DNA of 47,649 nt from Sarea resinae (lineage: Eukaryota): the NCBI GenBank assembly GCA_026026165.1, contig JAPEUD010000006.1:558001-605649 (forward strand), in the 5' to 3' direction. Below the pieces are notes generated by a model. It made no database searches, was not told where the DNA came from, and saw only the letters and a program-made list of their open reading frames with translations. The translations under genes and the position numbers were made by a program. Positions 1 through 11,330 of the stretch are shown here, piece by piece; position 1 is the stretch's first letter; every line of letters begins with the position of its first letter.

Positions 1-734
1 CCCCATCTCCTTCCTCATCTTGGGGCCACTCTGGCGGCAACGCAGCAATGACCCTATTCCAACGTCAAGCATCAACCCGATATCCCCTTCTAAAAGCCGC
101 TATCCACGCAAGGTACGGGAGACCTACTCATTTTTCCTCAAATCCGCATCCCTCCTCAGCCCGCTCTCCCGGCCGTCCATCTCGTCCTCAGGAGCCCCAG
201 CAGCCCAATACAGCGCATCGATCTGTTCCGCCACGTGCCGCAGCGCCTCAGAGGAATAGGCAGCTCTATTATGCCGTCGGACAATCGCGTTCACTATTTC
301 TAGCCGTACCCGTTCGGAACATGTCAGCTGAGAGCTCTCGTAAATTACACATTTTTTGAATTGTCGGACCGGGAGCCATCCTCTGGCAAACTAATCTAAT
401 CCATGGCTTTTGGCAAGCCCTAATGTCGACAGATCCACTTCAAGAGAATCTTGAAGGCGGGACCTTATGATGGCGGGCCGATGCGGGGCGGGGGTGGAGG
501 CATGAACGCACGTTTCATAACGACCTCCCGAACGACCTTATCACCAATTTCCCTCCGCCTTCCCCTCCCTCTTCTTCCGTCTTCTTCTTCATCATCATCC
601 TCTTCGTCCTCCCAATCCACCCTATCCCTCCAACCCGAGGGCGGTTCGAGCCCCTGATTCAAGATCCGCACCTGGCTGCGCAAGAAGCGCTGCTTGACGT
701 CTATGACCGTGTCCGTCGCGCGCGCCGTTGCCAT
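1..734 (-). CDS. fta4: Kinetochore Sim4-complex subunit Fta4-like protein (3' end runs off the window)
   Basis: Exons 734-512, 293-128 and 53-<1. Introns are 511-294 (GTGCGT..GCTGAC..TAG) and 127-54 (GTAGGT..TAG). The spliced product MATARATDTVIDVKQRFLRSQVRILNQGLEP...VVMKLNAIVRRHNRAAYSSEALRHVAEQIDALYW...VIAALPPEW matches the fungal Fta4 pattern as I recall it (KQxFL..Q.R.L; RHVAEQIDxLY). Confidence 0.8.
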
Positions 735-926
735 TCTAGGGGCTATGTTGTGCGTATTGCCGAGATGAGTATGACCGTCTGTTTTGCTTTTTGATCGGAT
801 GCGGTTCGTCTGATGGGTCGAGATGAGTGACGCCCTGGAGATCTTGTTCCCTACGCTCTGGGTTGGTGGGGTTGAACGTGGTGATGCACGTCTCTGTTGC
901 CCGATTTCGTACCTTAGGGTTGGGAG

Positions 927-978
927 ACGCGTATTCTCGCGGTACGAACACAGTATCGTGGCAAGCGCGAAGCGCGTG
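927..978. promoter_or_regulatory. Cluster of MCB/SCB-like CGCG elements upstream of fta4
   Basis: ACGCGT at 927-932 plus TCGCGG, GCGCGAA and GCGCGT within ~50 nt, about 200 nt upstream of the fta4 ATG. Confidence 0.35.
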
Positions 979-1665
979 GCTTGGTAATACGGAGTACGTA
1001 CAGTATGACATCCACCCAATGCGTCCCTTACTCCCGGAGACAGAAATCTCACGTTTTCCCCGAGGGGACCTCTCTGCTTGGCGATATCATTATTGCAGAA
1101 CCATCTGCAGGTGGTCAAGATCAAGCATCTCCAAAGGCCCCCGAGGATGGAGCCAGAGCGTCCCACATGATTGTAGTATCGGATGTACAGATTATCTCCG
1201 CTACTGCAAATCGACTACTTGGGGACGACTTCAGGGGTTACGCACAACACCGATAGGCCCTTCCGGGTCTCAAGCACGGGGATCTCAAAAAAGAATTTCA
1301 ATACTCCCATAAAGGAAGCGGTGCTATTCTTACTCGAGACCATGTTCAGAATGTGCTATGCTTGCAGACGGGCAGACTTTCGTTCTTTGTGACGATCGAC
1401 TATGAAGGACTTCGTATAAAACTCTGGCTGCAAGCTCAACGCCTTACAGGGTATAAGAGACCGGAAGTTAGAACACAGAAATACAATCAATCTAGTCTGT
1501 ATGCCGGTCTGCCTTGAGAGAGTACTCCCACTTGCTTGTCAAGCACCTCGACATCCCAGCTACCCCCTTTCCACGGCTTGCTAACAAAAGGAAACCAATG
1601 CTACCCCGAAGTTCAACAAGCAAACTAGGCCGGTCTAGCAAGGGAGAGATAGAGGTGGGTGCTCC

Positions 1666-2223
1666 CTACAACGCAGCCACGATTCCCAGGATACCGACCA
1701 CGCCAGCAGCCGCCGCAGCAAGACCGCCCGTCGGCTGCGCGGGAGCGAATCCAGCGGCCTTGCTGCTCGATGTCTTGGCCGCCGCAGCAGCAGTGGCGCC
1801 AGAGGTCTTAGTAGCACTAACAACTCCGAAGCTCTTGCTCACTTGGCTGTTATTCTTATCCGCGATCTTCGATACCTGAGCGCCGATCTTCGACTCTGCT
1901 GACGACAGGCCGGCGGAGTACTTGGAACCCGTTTCGGTCTCGAGAGCGGTCACCATGGCCGACGCCTCGGACAGGATGCTGGACCATGTCGGCCCGATCT
2001 TAGACGACCATTCCGAGGAGAGACTCGAGGGGTAGTAGAAAGTCGCGGAGTTGGCGGCTGACATCAAGCCGTCCCAGGCGACCGAAGGGTTAGCCGCTTT
2101 CTCGCTGGAGGTCGTTAGCGTCTTGAGCGTCTCAGGTGAATACGGGAGCGGTATCTACCTGGTCTCTGCCACCACAGAGGCAACAGCCATGAGGCAGAAA
2201 AATATGAGGGCTTTGGCGTGCAT
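1666..2223 (-). CDS. Small secreted Ser/Ala/Thr-rich protein, probably GPI-anchored cell-wall protein (167 aa)
   Basis: Exons 2223-2159 and 2104-1666, with intron 2158-2105 (GTAGAT..GCTAAC..CAG). The N-terminus MHAKALIFFCLMAVASVVA is signal-peptide-like. The body is S/A/T-rich, and the C-terminus ...TSSSKAAG-FAPAQPTGGLAAAAAGVVGILGIVAAL* resembles a GPI signal. Confidence 0.8.
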
Positions 2224-3953
2224 CTTAGAGGCCGTTGAATATTGCTGAACTCGAGGAGTTTCTATTTCTGGCAGGGGAATTGGACGTCTCGATCAGATGA
2301 GAGGTGTGAGTGATTCGATGCTCTACACAGACTCAAAGCCATGCGACAGGACGGCAAATAGCAGCAGCAATATAAGAGAAGCAGAGCAATCGAATACGGA
2401 ATTTTCAGCGCCTCGAATCCAAGCAGCCAGGAGGATTGTTCCCATTATTTAAGCATCCACACAGGAGTGGACTTCTGGCCGAGGAGGTCTCTTCCAGGAG
2501 GCGTTTCCGCTCATGCCCCTGTGAGGCACAGTCCAGCATAGCCTGACGGCCATGCTAGCTGGTGCTGGACACATTCCGTGTTTGCTTTGCACGACCCCGT
2601 GAGGCTATTCGCATACGTTGTGGCAGGTACCCACGTACGAAGTACCCGCACCAGCAAAACCAACGAGTCTCGGCGGTAAACCAGTTACCAGCCTAGTCGG
2701 TACCCCTCTGATAAATATAGTCGTTGCGGCCTGGCTTTTGGTGTGTTGGGGGGCCCTCGGGCCCGCATAGCGACAGGTGCCTTTGCTAGCGCTTAGATCA
2801 CCACCAAGCACTATTGCGCGCGAGCGCATTGCGCCTTCCCCGTTGCAGGAGGAAGGATTCTAGGCAGCAAAGCTTGGCAAAAGCTTGGCACACGGACACG
2901 GATGCTCACGAGCTGAATGGGTAGACGCTCCTCGAACGATGAGGTGACTCAAGTCCACGAAACGCGAATATGCATAGTACAGCGAGAGCCCCGAGGTCCG
3001 TTCCTGAGACGCGCGCGCGGTGAGTACCTGTAGTGACAGGGTCGCGAACGAGATCGCCTCGCGCGGGTCTGGCCCAAGCGGAATCGGGGCCCAGGCAGGG
3101 TCCGAACCGTTGTCGCCTAAAATTGTCGTGATGGGGATAGTAGCCTCGTTTTGGTGCTGCTGGGGAAAAGGTCTAGATTGCCTTCTTGTCAGAACCCTTG
3201 GGTTTTCTTTGAGTCAAGTCAATAAAATCGGAGAGTACTCCGTCGCCCACTAACCTGATATCTTCTACTCCAGTAACTTAGCCTCTGTCCCTTTTATCAC
3301 ACTACACATCACTGTCACTCTTCCTCTTCCTACCGACCCTTCTTTCTCGACACGAACCTTCCCGACGTTCGTGAAATGACGGGGTGTGGCTGGTGATTTG
3401 ATGGAGAAAAGGCCATACTTTTTTGACTGATGCAAAAGTCGAAATATACTCCCTCCCGGTCAATGAATGGTCAGTCAATGTAGCCTCTCGATTCGTGATG
3501 CCCTGGGGCAGTCGCACCGTTTCGTTCAGTATAGCTATATACGGGCAACTGGAGACCCTAGGACAATAATCCCGTGGATACCATACGGGACCTGCATACC
3601 CAAGGCAAAGAAATAAAAATAGAAAAATGGAAGGATGAACTAAATCCAGAAGCTACGAAGACGAGTGAGGACTACATGGGACCAGATCTACTTAAGCGGA
3701 CGCAGACGACATGACTGTTTTGCAAGCTTCAGTTTATAAGAAGTGCAGAAGACAAAATTTCATTCTATCAAACGAGTGAGGTCGTGCCCGGTAACCTCCT
3801 TAGAAGGTGACGGACACTATTATTTCTAGATCGAAAACGCAAGGATCTATTCGAAGCTCCCCACGTTGAGGCAAGAGACTTCTACGGACCTCGTCGCGGA
3901 AGATTGCACTTGTTGAATTGTGCATCCACTAACAAGCCATGTCCGGGACGGGC

Positions 3954-5675
3954 TTAGAACAGCTTGTGCTCGAGAGTCATGTCAGACTCCGGCTCGAGGC
4001 CAACGCAGGCACGGAAGATGTTGGTCAGAGCGGAACGCTGCTTGGCCAAAGCATTGACGACTGGAGTGCCGGGTGGAGTAAGGGGAGCCTAATCGTCTTA
4101 TTAGTATTATAGTAAGACAGAAATAAGTTAGCAACCGACCTTAAGCATGAAGCTCAGAATGCTAAGCACACTGTGGAAACCCTTGTACTCCTCTGAGGAG
4201 GCCTCGTCTCCCGAGTGAGCCTTCCATGAGACACGAGTCATCATCTCCGCGATGAGGACCAAGTCAATAATGAGGGGAGACGCCAAGAGCGAATCCTCGC
4301 ACACGTTGAACAGACTGATAGTCTGGTGGCCACCCATGAAGATCTCGGCGTAGTACTCATCGAGAGCACGTTTGTTGTCGCCAACGGCGGGCATATACTT
4401 GATCACGACAGTATGGTTAGGGTGCTCGCCCTTCTTGTAGAGAACATTGTTGGCCTCAACCATGTCGTCAACGACATTGGACTTGGAGATCTCCTTGGAG
4501 CGGAACTGCTTTTGAGAGCTCAAGTTCTTGCCATCGTTGTTGCCGAGATGGTTGTAGCTCGCAATGGAGGTGAGCTTGATACCAGCGCTGATGAGGAAAT
4601 CCACAAGGGCAGACTTCATCTTCGTTTGACCGGACTTGAAGTCATCACCGCCGATGAAAGCGCCGTGCTTCTCAGCAAGCTGAATGGCACCGGGAACGAA
4701 GGTGTTCTGAGGAGAGCCGTTGATGAAAGGAGCGTTTTCAAGGATCGACGCAACAGCGAAGATGGTAGAAGGAGACACCTCTTCGTGTCCGGAGTCAATT
4801 GCTTTCAACAGATTGTCGGCAGTGTCGTTGACACCGGTGACGAGATCTGCGTATCGCTCAGTGTTGGCGGTCCACTGAACGATGACTTTGTCAAGGCCGT
4901 TCTTGGATTTGAAGTCGCTATTGAATGTTAATTTAAAACGAGTAGCAAGTTCATATGAATCGAAGACATACCGGATATCCTTGCGGATCTGCTCCACGTG
5001 GGCCATGGATGCCTTGGAGCCTTCCAGCACATTATCGGCGCGGTCCTCTTGGTTGGCAGCAATGAAATCAGGATAGTAGACACTGGGGAGAGGCTTCATC
5101 TCAGCCATCTCCTTCTTGACGAGGCCCTTCAGGGTCGGCTCGAGAACTTGAGCCCTGTCCATTGCCTCGGCGAGGTTCAAGCCACTGATGTCCCATCCTC
5201 CGATAACGAGGTCATTGGGGTGCACCATGGGCAGAATATCATAGAAAGGAATGTTGACCTCCTTTCCGGTCTTCGCCTCAGTGCCAAGCTTGATCGTAGA
5301 GCCCATGACAACTGACCCGTAGTAGTTGGCTGCACGCGGGCCCTCCTTGGTTTCCCAGGTCAAGCCACGGCGATTAGCAATGATACCAGCAGTGACCGTG
5401 GTTCCATTGTTACCACCCCAGCCGACAAGCATCATGCCGACCTTGCCGACCTTGCGGTCAACTTTGAAGTCGTAGAGGGTCTCCTTGGGGGTGGCCACGT
5501 ATTTTCCATCGCTGCCTTGGGTCACAGAGGTGGTGCGGTAGGTGTACTTGCTCTTGATCTCGTTCTCGGTATAGACGACATTGGGTGAGTTGACAGTGAA
5601 GAGGTCCTTGCTCTGAGTCACTGCTTGTCCGTTTCCGTTCGCATGGCCGTTGGCGGTATCCGCGTGGGGTGCCAT
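3954..5675 (-). CDS. INO1: myo-inositol-1-phosphate synthase (538 aa)
   Basis: Exons 5675-4972, 4917-4140 and 4088-3954, with introns 4971-4918 and 4139-4089. All four MIPS signature motifs are present ([36 protein letters not shown]). The C-terminus is [21 protein letters not shown]...MTLEHKLF*. Confidence 0.98.
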
Positions 5676-5708
5676 CTTGATATTGTTATTGGCTGTGTGA
5701 TAGTGGAT

Positions 5709-5965
5709 TTACTTGGTTTCTGGTAAATCCGATGCCCCTCCACGAGCGGATGAGCGTCGGCTTCCTGCGAACGGATGGTGGACCCTGTTTCGAGGCATTA
5801 GCAAGCTTGATCACCGACACCTTGATGATTGAGCCAGAGTCATTGCCACGATTTGCGGCAAAGATGATTCTCGCAATGGTGCGTGCTCTTCTCCAGAGAC
5901 ATCACAGAAAGTCTGCCATGTGCTGGAGGCGGGGTAACTCACGAGTTTAAGAGATTGGAAAACGT
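5709..5965 (-). other. Spliced, near-cognate (ACG)-initiated uORF in the INO1 5' leader, 32 aa
   Basis: ACG at 5965-5963 sits in a CAAG-ACG context, the same as the CAAG-ATG of INO1. The leader intron is 5942-5785 (GTGAGT..GCTAAT..CAG). The spliced ORF (M)FSNLLNSVHHPFAGSRRSSARGGASDLPETK* ends at 5709, 33 nt before the INO1 ATG. Confidence 0.65.
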
Positions 5966-6102
5966 CTTGGCGACTGGGTCGACCGCTCAAAGATTGCGAT
6001 CGGATTCGGGTGAGATGGGATTGATTGGGATCTTCTTGGATCAGTTCAATTGAGTCGGGGGTGGGTAATTTCTCAGAGGGGGGTTGAGGTTGGTCTGACT
6101 TC

Positions 6103-6108
6103 TTTATA
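6103..6108 (-). promoter_or_regulatory. Putative TATA box of INO1
   Basis: TATAAA on the minus strand about 140 nt upstream of the uORF ACG. Confidence 0.5.
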
Positions 6109-8914
6109 GACGTCGGATTGCTTAGGGCTTGTGGCTTCTCGGCTTCCTGGCGGGTAATTCGTCCCTTCGCAGGCGTGCACTTCGTACCTCGCACCCTCTA
6201 CTCCTACATAGTACTCCGATACATCGGCCCATGGCGGCATATCGATAAGGAAATTGGAAGAATCCGGACCCCTCGTGCTCGGCCACACACGATAGTCCAC
6301 TGTACTCCGGAGTAGTCCACGGTGGTCAACCGTTAGTGCTCGCCCGAGACAAGGATTCTCCAGCCAGACCCTCAACCACTCCAGGTGGGGTCGTGTCCCG
6401 CAGTCCAATTGCCATTCTCGCCCTCACGCCCGCTGCAAATCACCGTCTTCTTCGAGCTTAATGGACGGCCACCTCAATGCGTCTTCGACATAGCGAGCCA
6501 AAGCATGTTCGTTTTCTAGCCCGTGTGCACTGCATTGCTCTACCTGCCTAGCAAGATCACAACCCCTCGGTAAGGCCAACAACGATTCCGCACGAACGAT
6601 CATTTGACACATCAGAGCGAACGGGCAGTACCATTGGGGACAGTGATGGGGTAAAAGGCGGTCAGCAGTCAGCATCGTGGGAGCAACAACTCTCATCTCC
6701 ACCTCTTAGCCCAGACCAAGTGAAGGTAGCTACAATCAGAAAGAGCCCAAGCGAATGCGGCTTCTTGCGGAGTCGCGATCAATGATAGCATCACTTCGGA
6801 GTACCTAGGTAAGGTAGTTAGCTTGTCCACGGCAAGGCTCGTTCTGGATCGCTCTCGATCCAGACGAGAATAATAATGCAACTTCGAGCGAATTCAATAA
6901 CACTGATGGCTTGGAGATACGGTCACATTACCGACACGAACATGTTAGTCCCTACCTACATAGATAGTAGTACCTCTCCTACTTCCGGTCATGGCCCCAT
7001 CATCGTTGTTGGACACCAAAGTACCTCCTCTAGACGGTCAGTCAATCTATGATCTATGGGTGATATATCAAGCGAGCAACATCGATGCAATATGGGCGAA
7101 TGGAAGAGGCCGAGATGATCTGAAAGTGAGAACTGCAATAATAGCCAATGCACACGGTCAACTTGCCTATGAAGCCGCAGAGGACTGAGGTGGTCAATGC
7201 TGAGGTGGCACCTATTGGCAAAGAAGACTCGAGCCTCGTGCGTTCGTCGGCGCGCCATGGGAGGTGGATGGTAGTGTGTGAGTGGGCAGCGTCTACTTTG
7301 TACTGCTGGTCCCATTTGATGAGGATCTACTCTCGAATTGCCGAATGGAATCTCGCATTCAGGGGCAGTCGCTCGATGATAGGCCCAGTACGGAGGTACT
7401 CATCTCGGCACGGCCAGGATCTGACAACCTGGAAGGATCCAAGTTCCTCGCTGGTCTCATTGGTCATCCACGACAACGGCCATCACCATCTTCCTCTCCT
7501 TCGGAAGGAGGCCATGAGGATCCTCCTCCCTTTATCGTACTCGTAAGATTCGACAGAGCCCGACTGCCAAGCGCGGTCAGGGGTGCTCAAGGGGCTCTGG
7601 ACCTCCTGAGCAACCCGAGCCGACGGCCCTCACACGCTCTGGCTGGGCATGATGTTATTATTCTCCGGTCCAGTGTGTGAAATGCGCCGTGAGGACGGTA
7701 TCAGCGAGGAAGCACGGGGCAGACGAAGGCATGCTGGTACGTCGACCTTGATCGATGCGAACGCATTCTTCCTGCAGCTTGCATTATTAGGCCTCAGGAT
7801 CAATGCTACATCGAATCGCAATCACAGATCGTGGCCGCAGCGACGGTTCGGCCCATCTGCGAGACCTCTATTGACTGCACCAGAGGCAGAGCCAGAGGCA
7901 ATGCCGAAGGAAACGAGAGGACGCATCGTTTCATCTTGGCCATACATGCCAATCCCACTCTAGAACACTGACCTTACCTAAGGCTCCTTTGCAGCCGACG
8001 GGTGCAAATGGAGCCGAAGAGGTAGGTAAGGTAGCTTAGGAGGTAGTCGATGGTCGACGGTCGTTGATGATGTGAGGGCGGACTCGTGATACTACATGAC
8101 ACTACCTCTTCGGAGCAGGTCCCTGGCAACGCAAAACAAGGTACCTTGGGTGTGTCTGGTACGCAGCCCCGCACGCCTGTCGCCGCCCACCGCGTAGTCA
8201 CTGGATTGGGCCAGGTACCTCCACTCACCTCACCTTGCCTTTACGAGTACTGCCTTTGCCGTGCCTTAGCTAGTACAACTCTGCTCCCTGCTCTCGCAAG
8301 TCGCCACAGATCTACTCTACTCTAGAGAGGATCCTCCCCTTCTGCAAGCCACGTCGAAGTGGGCTTCTTGTCATCTGCAAACCACAAGGTAGATTATTCT
8401 TCCTCGCTACTCACGCTCTTTCGACTTTACTCTCCTACTCCTTCTTCCATCTCCCCACCGCGAGTCTGAGGCTCACTCGAGTCTTGATCCATCATCATTG
8501 GAGTGTTTGTTTTGGTGCTCCAGAGGGACAGTGCCCGCGTTATCCGCACACGTGCAAGTCAAGCCGGGGGTCGTACATTTCTCGCGAGACCTCATTTCCC
8601 GCTCCAGCCATACACACAAGATTGCCTCGACTCAGAGCGCTAAGGCGGAGACCCGCAGAGAAGGTTCCATCTTCTCCTTCACCGCGTGCATAATTCTTTC
8701 TTCGAGAAACAACACCACACTCCTTTGATGCTTTGACGGACGCTGTGCGATCTTGTCTGAGTGAGCCGCCCAGACCGCTCCAACGTTTCTCGTCGCTCTT
8801 TTATTCAAGCGTTCATCGCAACTTTGCAAGCTACAAGGTACATGTGTGGAGCTTTCGGTGTATGGCAAGTCGACGACAATCTAGGTAGATCTTTAGGAAC
8901 GGCCGATAGAGAGA

Positions 8915-11330
8915 ATGGCCGACACAATGAGCTCTTCGGGAATTCTTCCCACCATCAAGTGCTCGAATTGTGCTGCGGAAATTGAGATTTCGAGAATGGG
9001 AGATCATATCTGTTCCGGCGCTTCTGAACAACGTACGTCTGCGGAGCTTCTATTTGATGGAGAGGTCCATATCTGACGATTCCAGCACCTTCGTCGGCAC
9101 CACCAAGATTCCAAGGGCAGCGCGGTCCTACGGGATCTCCAACAGCGAGTGTTTCAAGCAGCTCAGGCTGGCTAAGACCTGGGAGGAGCCATCCGCCCAG
9201 GATAGATCCTTCCGCAGCCAGTCCGTCTTTCCCTGATGAGCCGTGATGTGCTCAACTCTGATTTTTCTATAGACCTGCCATTCCTACGCCAGGATCAGCT
9301 TACTCCGATGAGCATGTCGAGTAACTCTCGTAGCATGTCACCGTTGTCATTCCGTGACGGACGCTCTCCTGGTCATCGAATGCCGCCCCGGAGCGCGACG
9401 GCACCATTGGCTCGACCCGTTAGTCCACCATCTCCCGAATTAAGCAATCTTGACTGCGCCTTTCCGCCTTTTCCGTTCTCGACCCCACGAAGCGCAACAC
9501 CATCCGGCACCAGATCGAGGCAGAATACCAAGACATCAAACTATGCAGATCGATCTCGTCCAGAGCCGAGTCCCATGTTTGCCCCTCTCAGCCCTCGCGT
9601 GACCAGCGGGGATGCTGTTTTGAAGAGGATGAACACGATTGCTCCAGGACCTTTTGACATTCGAGGAAAGAATGGCGTATCTCAAGATCGAATAGCCGAC
9701 AGCATGGACGGGACCCGTGAGAGGACCGAGACTATGAGCAGCAATAAATCTTACAGCAGACCGCCAAGTGCGGCAAGTCATGCCGGTCGCTTTCAGCCGC
9801 CGTCGGCCGAAGTCCCAGAGATGCCGGTCTTGAGCAGTGAGCCAATACCACCAAGGAACGGTCTAGATCGCGATGGCCGCCCACTACCTAATGGACCAGC
9901 TCCGCCTCGACCTGCGCGTCCAGACGATTCTCCTGACCTCGGTGCTTTCGTGGAGCTTGAAAAGCATGGAATCGACCCAGCAACGCCTATTCAAGACATT
10001 CCGCCAAACTTCCCTCTGCCCAATTCAGTGCTCGGAGCGGGTCCGGGTCCTACAGGTCCTCTTCCTAGAAGACCTTCAGAACCTTCTGCCGCCCCACGCC
10101 CTCGACGTCCAACAATAACTTCAGGAGGAGCGGCAACTGATGATGGTGCAGGAGAGAACGGCTATGTCGCATATCAGCCTTCCGGTAGTGTCTCAGCGCA
10201 AACCAAACCCCCTCCGAGAACTTCCAGCCGCAATGGGGAAAGGGCCGATAGCAGGCTGGGAGATGCCCCTCCAGTCCCTAACCCAATCCCAACCGTTTCG
10301 GAGGATTATTCTGTCGGCAATCCTTATCACACTCCCACTGAGTCCGTTTCATCCAACGGATCCGGGTATGGTTCTGATGCCAAGACTGGTAGCTCAAGAT
10401 CAAGTCCGCCACTATCTGATGCCTCTGGCAACTTACGCGGGAAGCAGTCAGACCCTGTAAATATAGATAATGCTATCAATGACTTCCGGCCACCAAGGAC
10501 TGGATCGCCTTGGGGTGACGCTTCCGGGGCCAATAGCAGGCCACCGCCGATAAGAACAGGCTCACCTTGGAGTGATGCTGGCAGCGTCAATAGCAGAGGG
10601 CCTCCACCCAGCTTTAGCAGGCCAATGAGACCCATGGAGCCTCCCGAATCGCCAATGGATCCGGCCTACCAACGACGTCCTTTTCCCGCTCATCCGCCAA
10701 GTGGCCATCCAGCTGTCCCGCCTCCATTGAGACGGCCAGATGCACCAGCTCCTCAGCATCGACCGAATACTTCAGGCAAGGGGAAATGTAGAGGCTGTGG
10801 CGAATTGATCAAAGGCAAGTCTGTTAGTTCCGCCGACGGCCGACTGACGGGGAGATATCACAAGCAATGTAAGTCTACCTTGCCTTTCAACGCCTCTAGC
10901 TCTATACTCATATCATATGCGTTTCAGGCTTTGTGTGCCAGACATGCAAGGAGCCATTCCAGACCGCCGACTTCTACGTGATCAACAACCATCCATATTG
11001 TGAACGTCATTACCACAAACTGAACGGTTCATTATGCGAGAGCTGCGACCGAGGCATCGAAGGAGAGTACCTGGAAACGCAACAGAAGAGGAAATTCCAT
11101 CCTCATTGCCTCACTTGCAGCGTAAGCATCATCCACCAGTCCAGGATCTCTGGAGCCAAGACTAATATTCTATCAAGACCTGCAATAAGAGCTTAAGCGA
11201 CGATTACTTTGAAATGAACGGCAAAGTCTATTGCGAGCGAGACGCTGCCCGCGCTGCCCAGCAGACAGCCTTTTTAGGCCCCGAGCGCAAGAACCCTGAG
11301 AGGAGAACTACGCGTTTGATGATGATGTGA
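8915..11330 (+). CDS. PXL1: Paxillin-like protein with two C-terminal LIM domains (731 aa)
   Basis: Exons 8915-9032, 9086-9220, 9273-10868, 10928-11121 and 11178-11330, all with GT-AG introns and a closed frame. It has an N-terminal PTIKCSNC..EISRMGDHIC motif, PPRIDPSAAN and a long Pro-rich middle. LIM1 is CRGC..YHKQCFVCQTC..YCERH, LIM2 is CESC..FHPHCLTCSTC..YCERD, and the end is NPERRTTRLMMM*. Confidence 0.85.

Noticed and set aside
735..1166. N-terminal extension of the 233-aa ORF 465-1166 (-)
   Set aside because: Fta4 similarity starts at the ATG at 734. The upstream part begins at a non-preferred position and overlaps promoter-like CGCG elements.
4326..5315. Plus-strand ORFs of 201 and 105 aa opposite INO1
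   Set aside because: They are antisense shadows caused by the codon bias of a conserved gene.
5917..5922. CATGTG (UAS-INO core) near INO1
   Set aside because: It is a single hexamer lacking the AAAT flank and lies inside the leader intron, so it is expected by chance.
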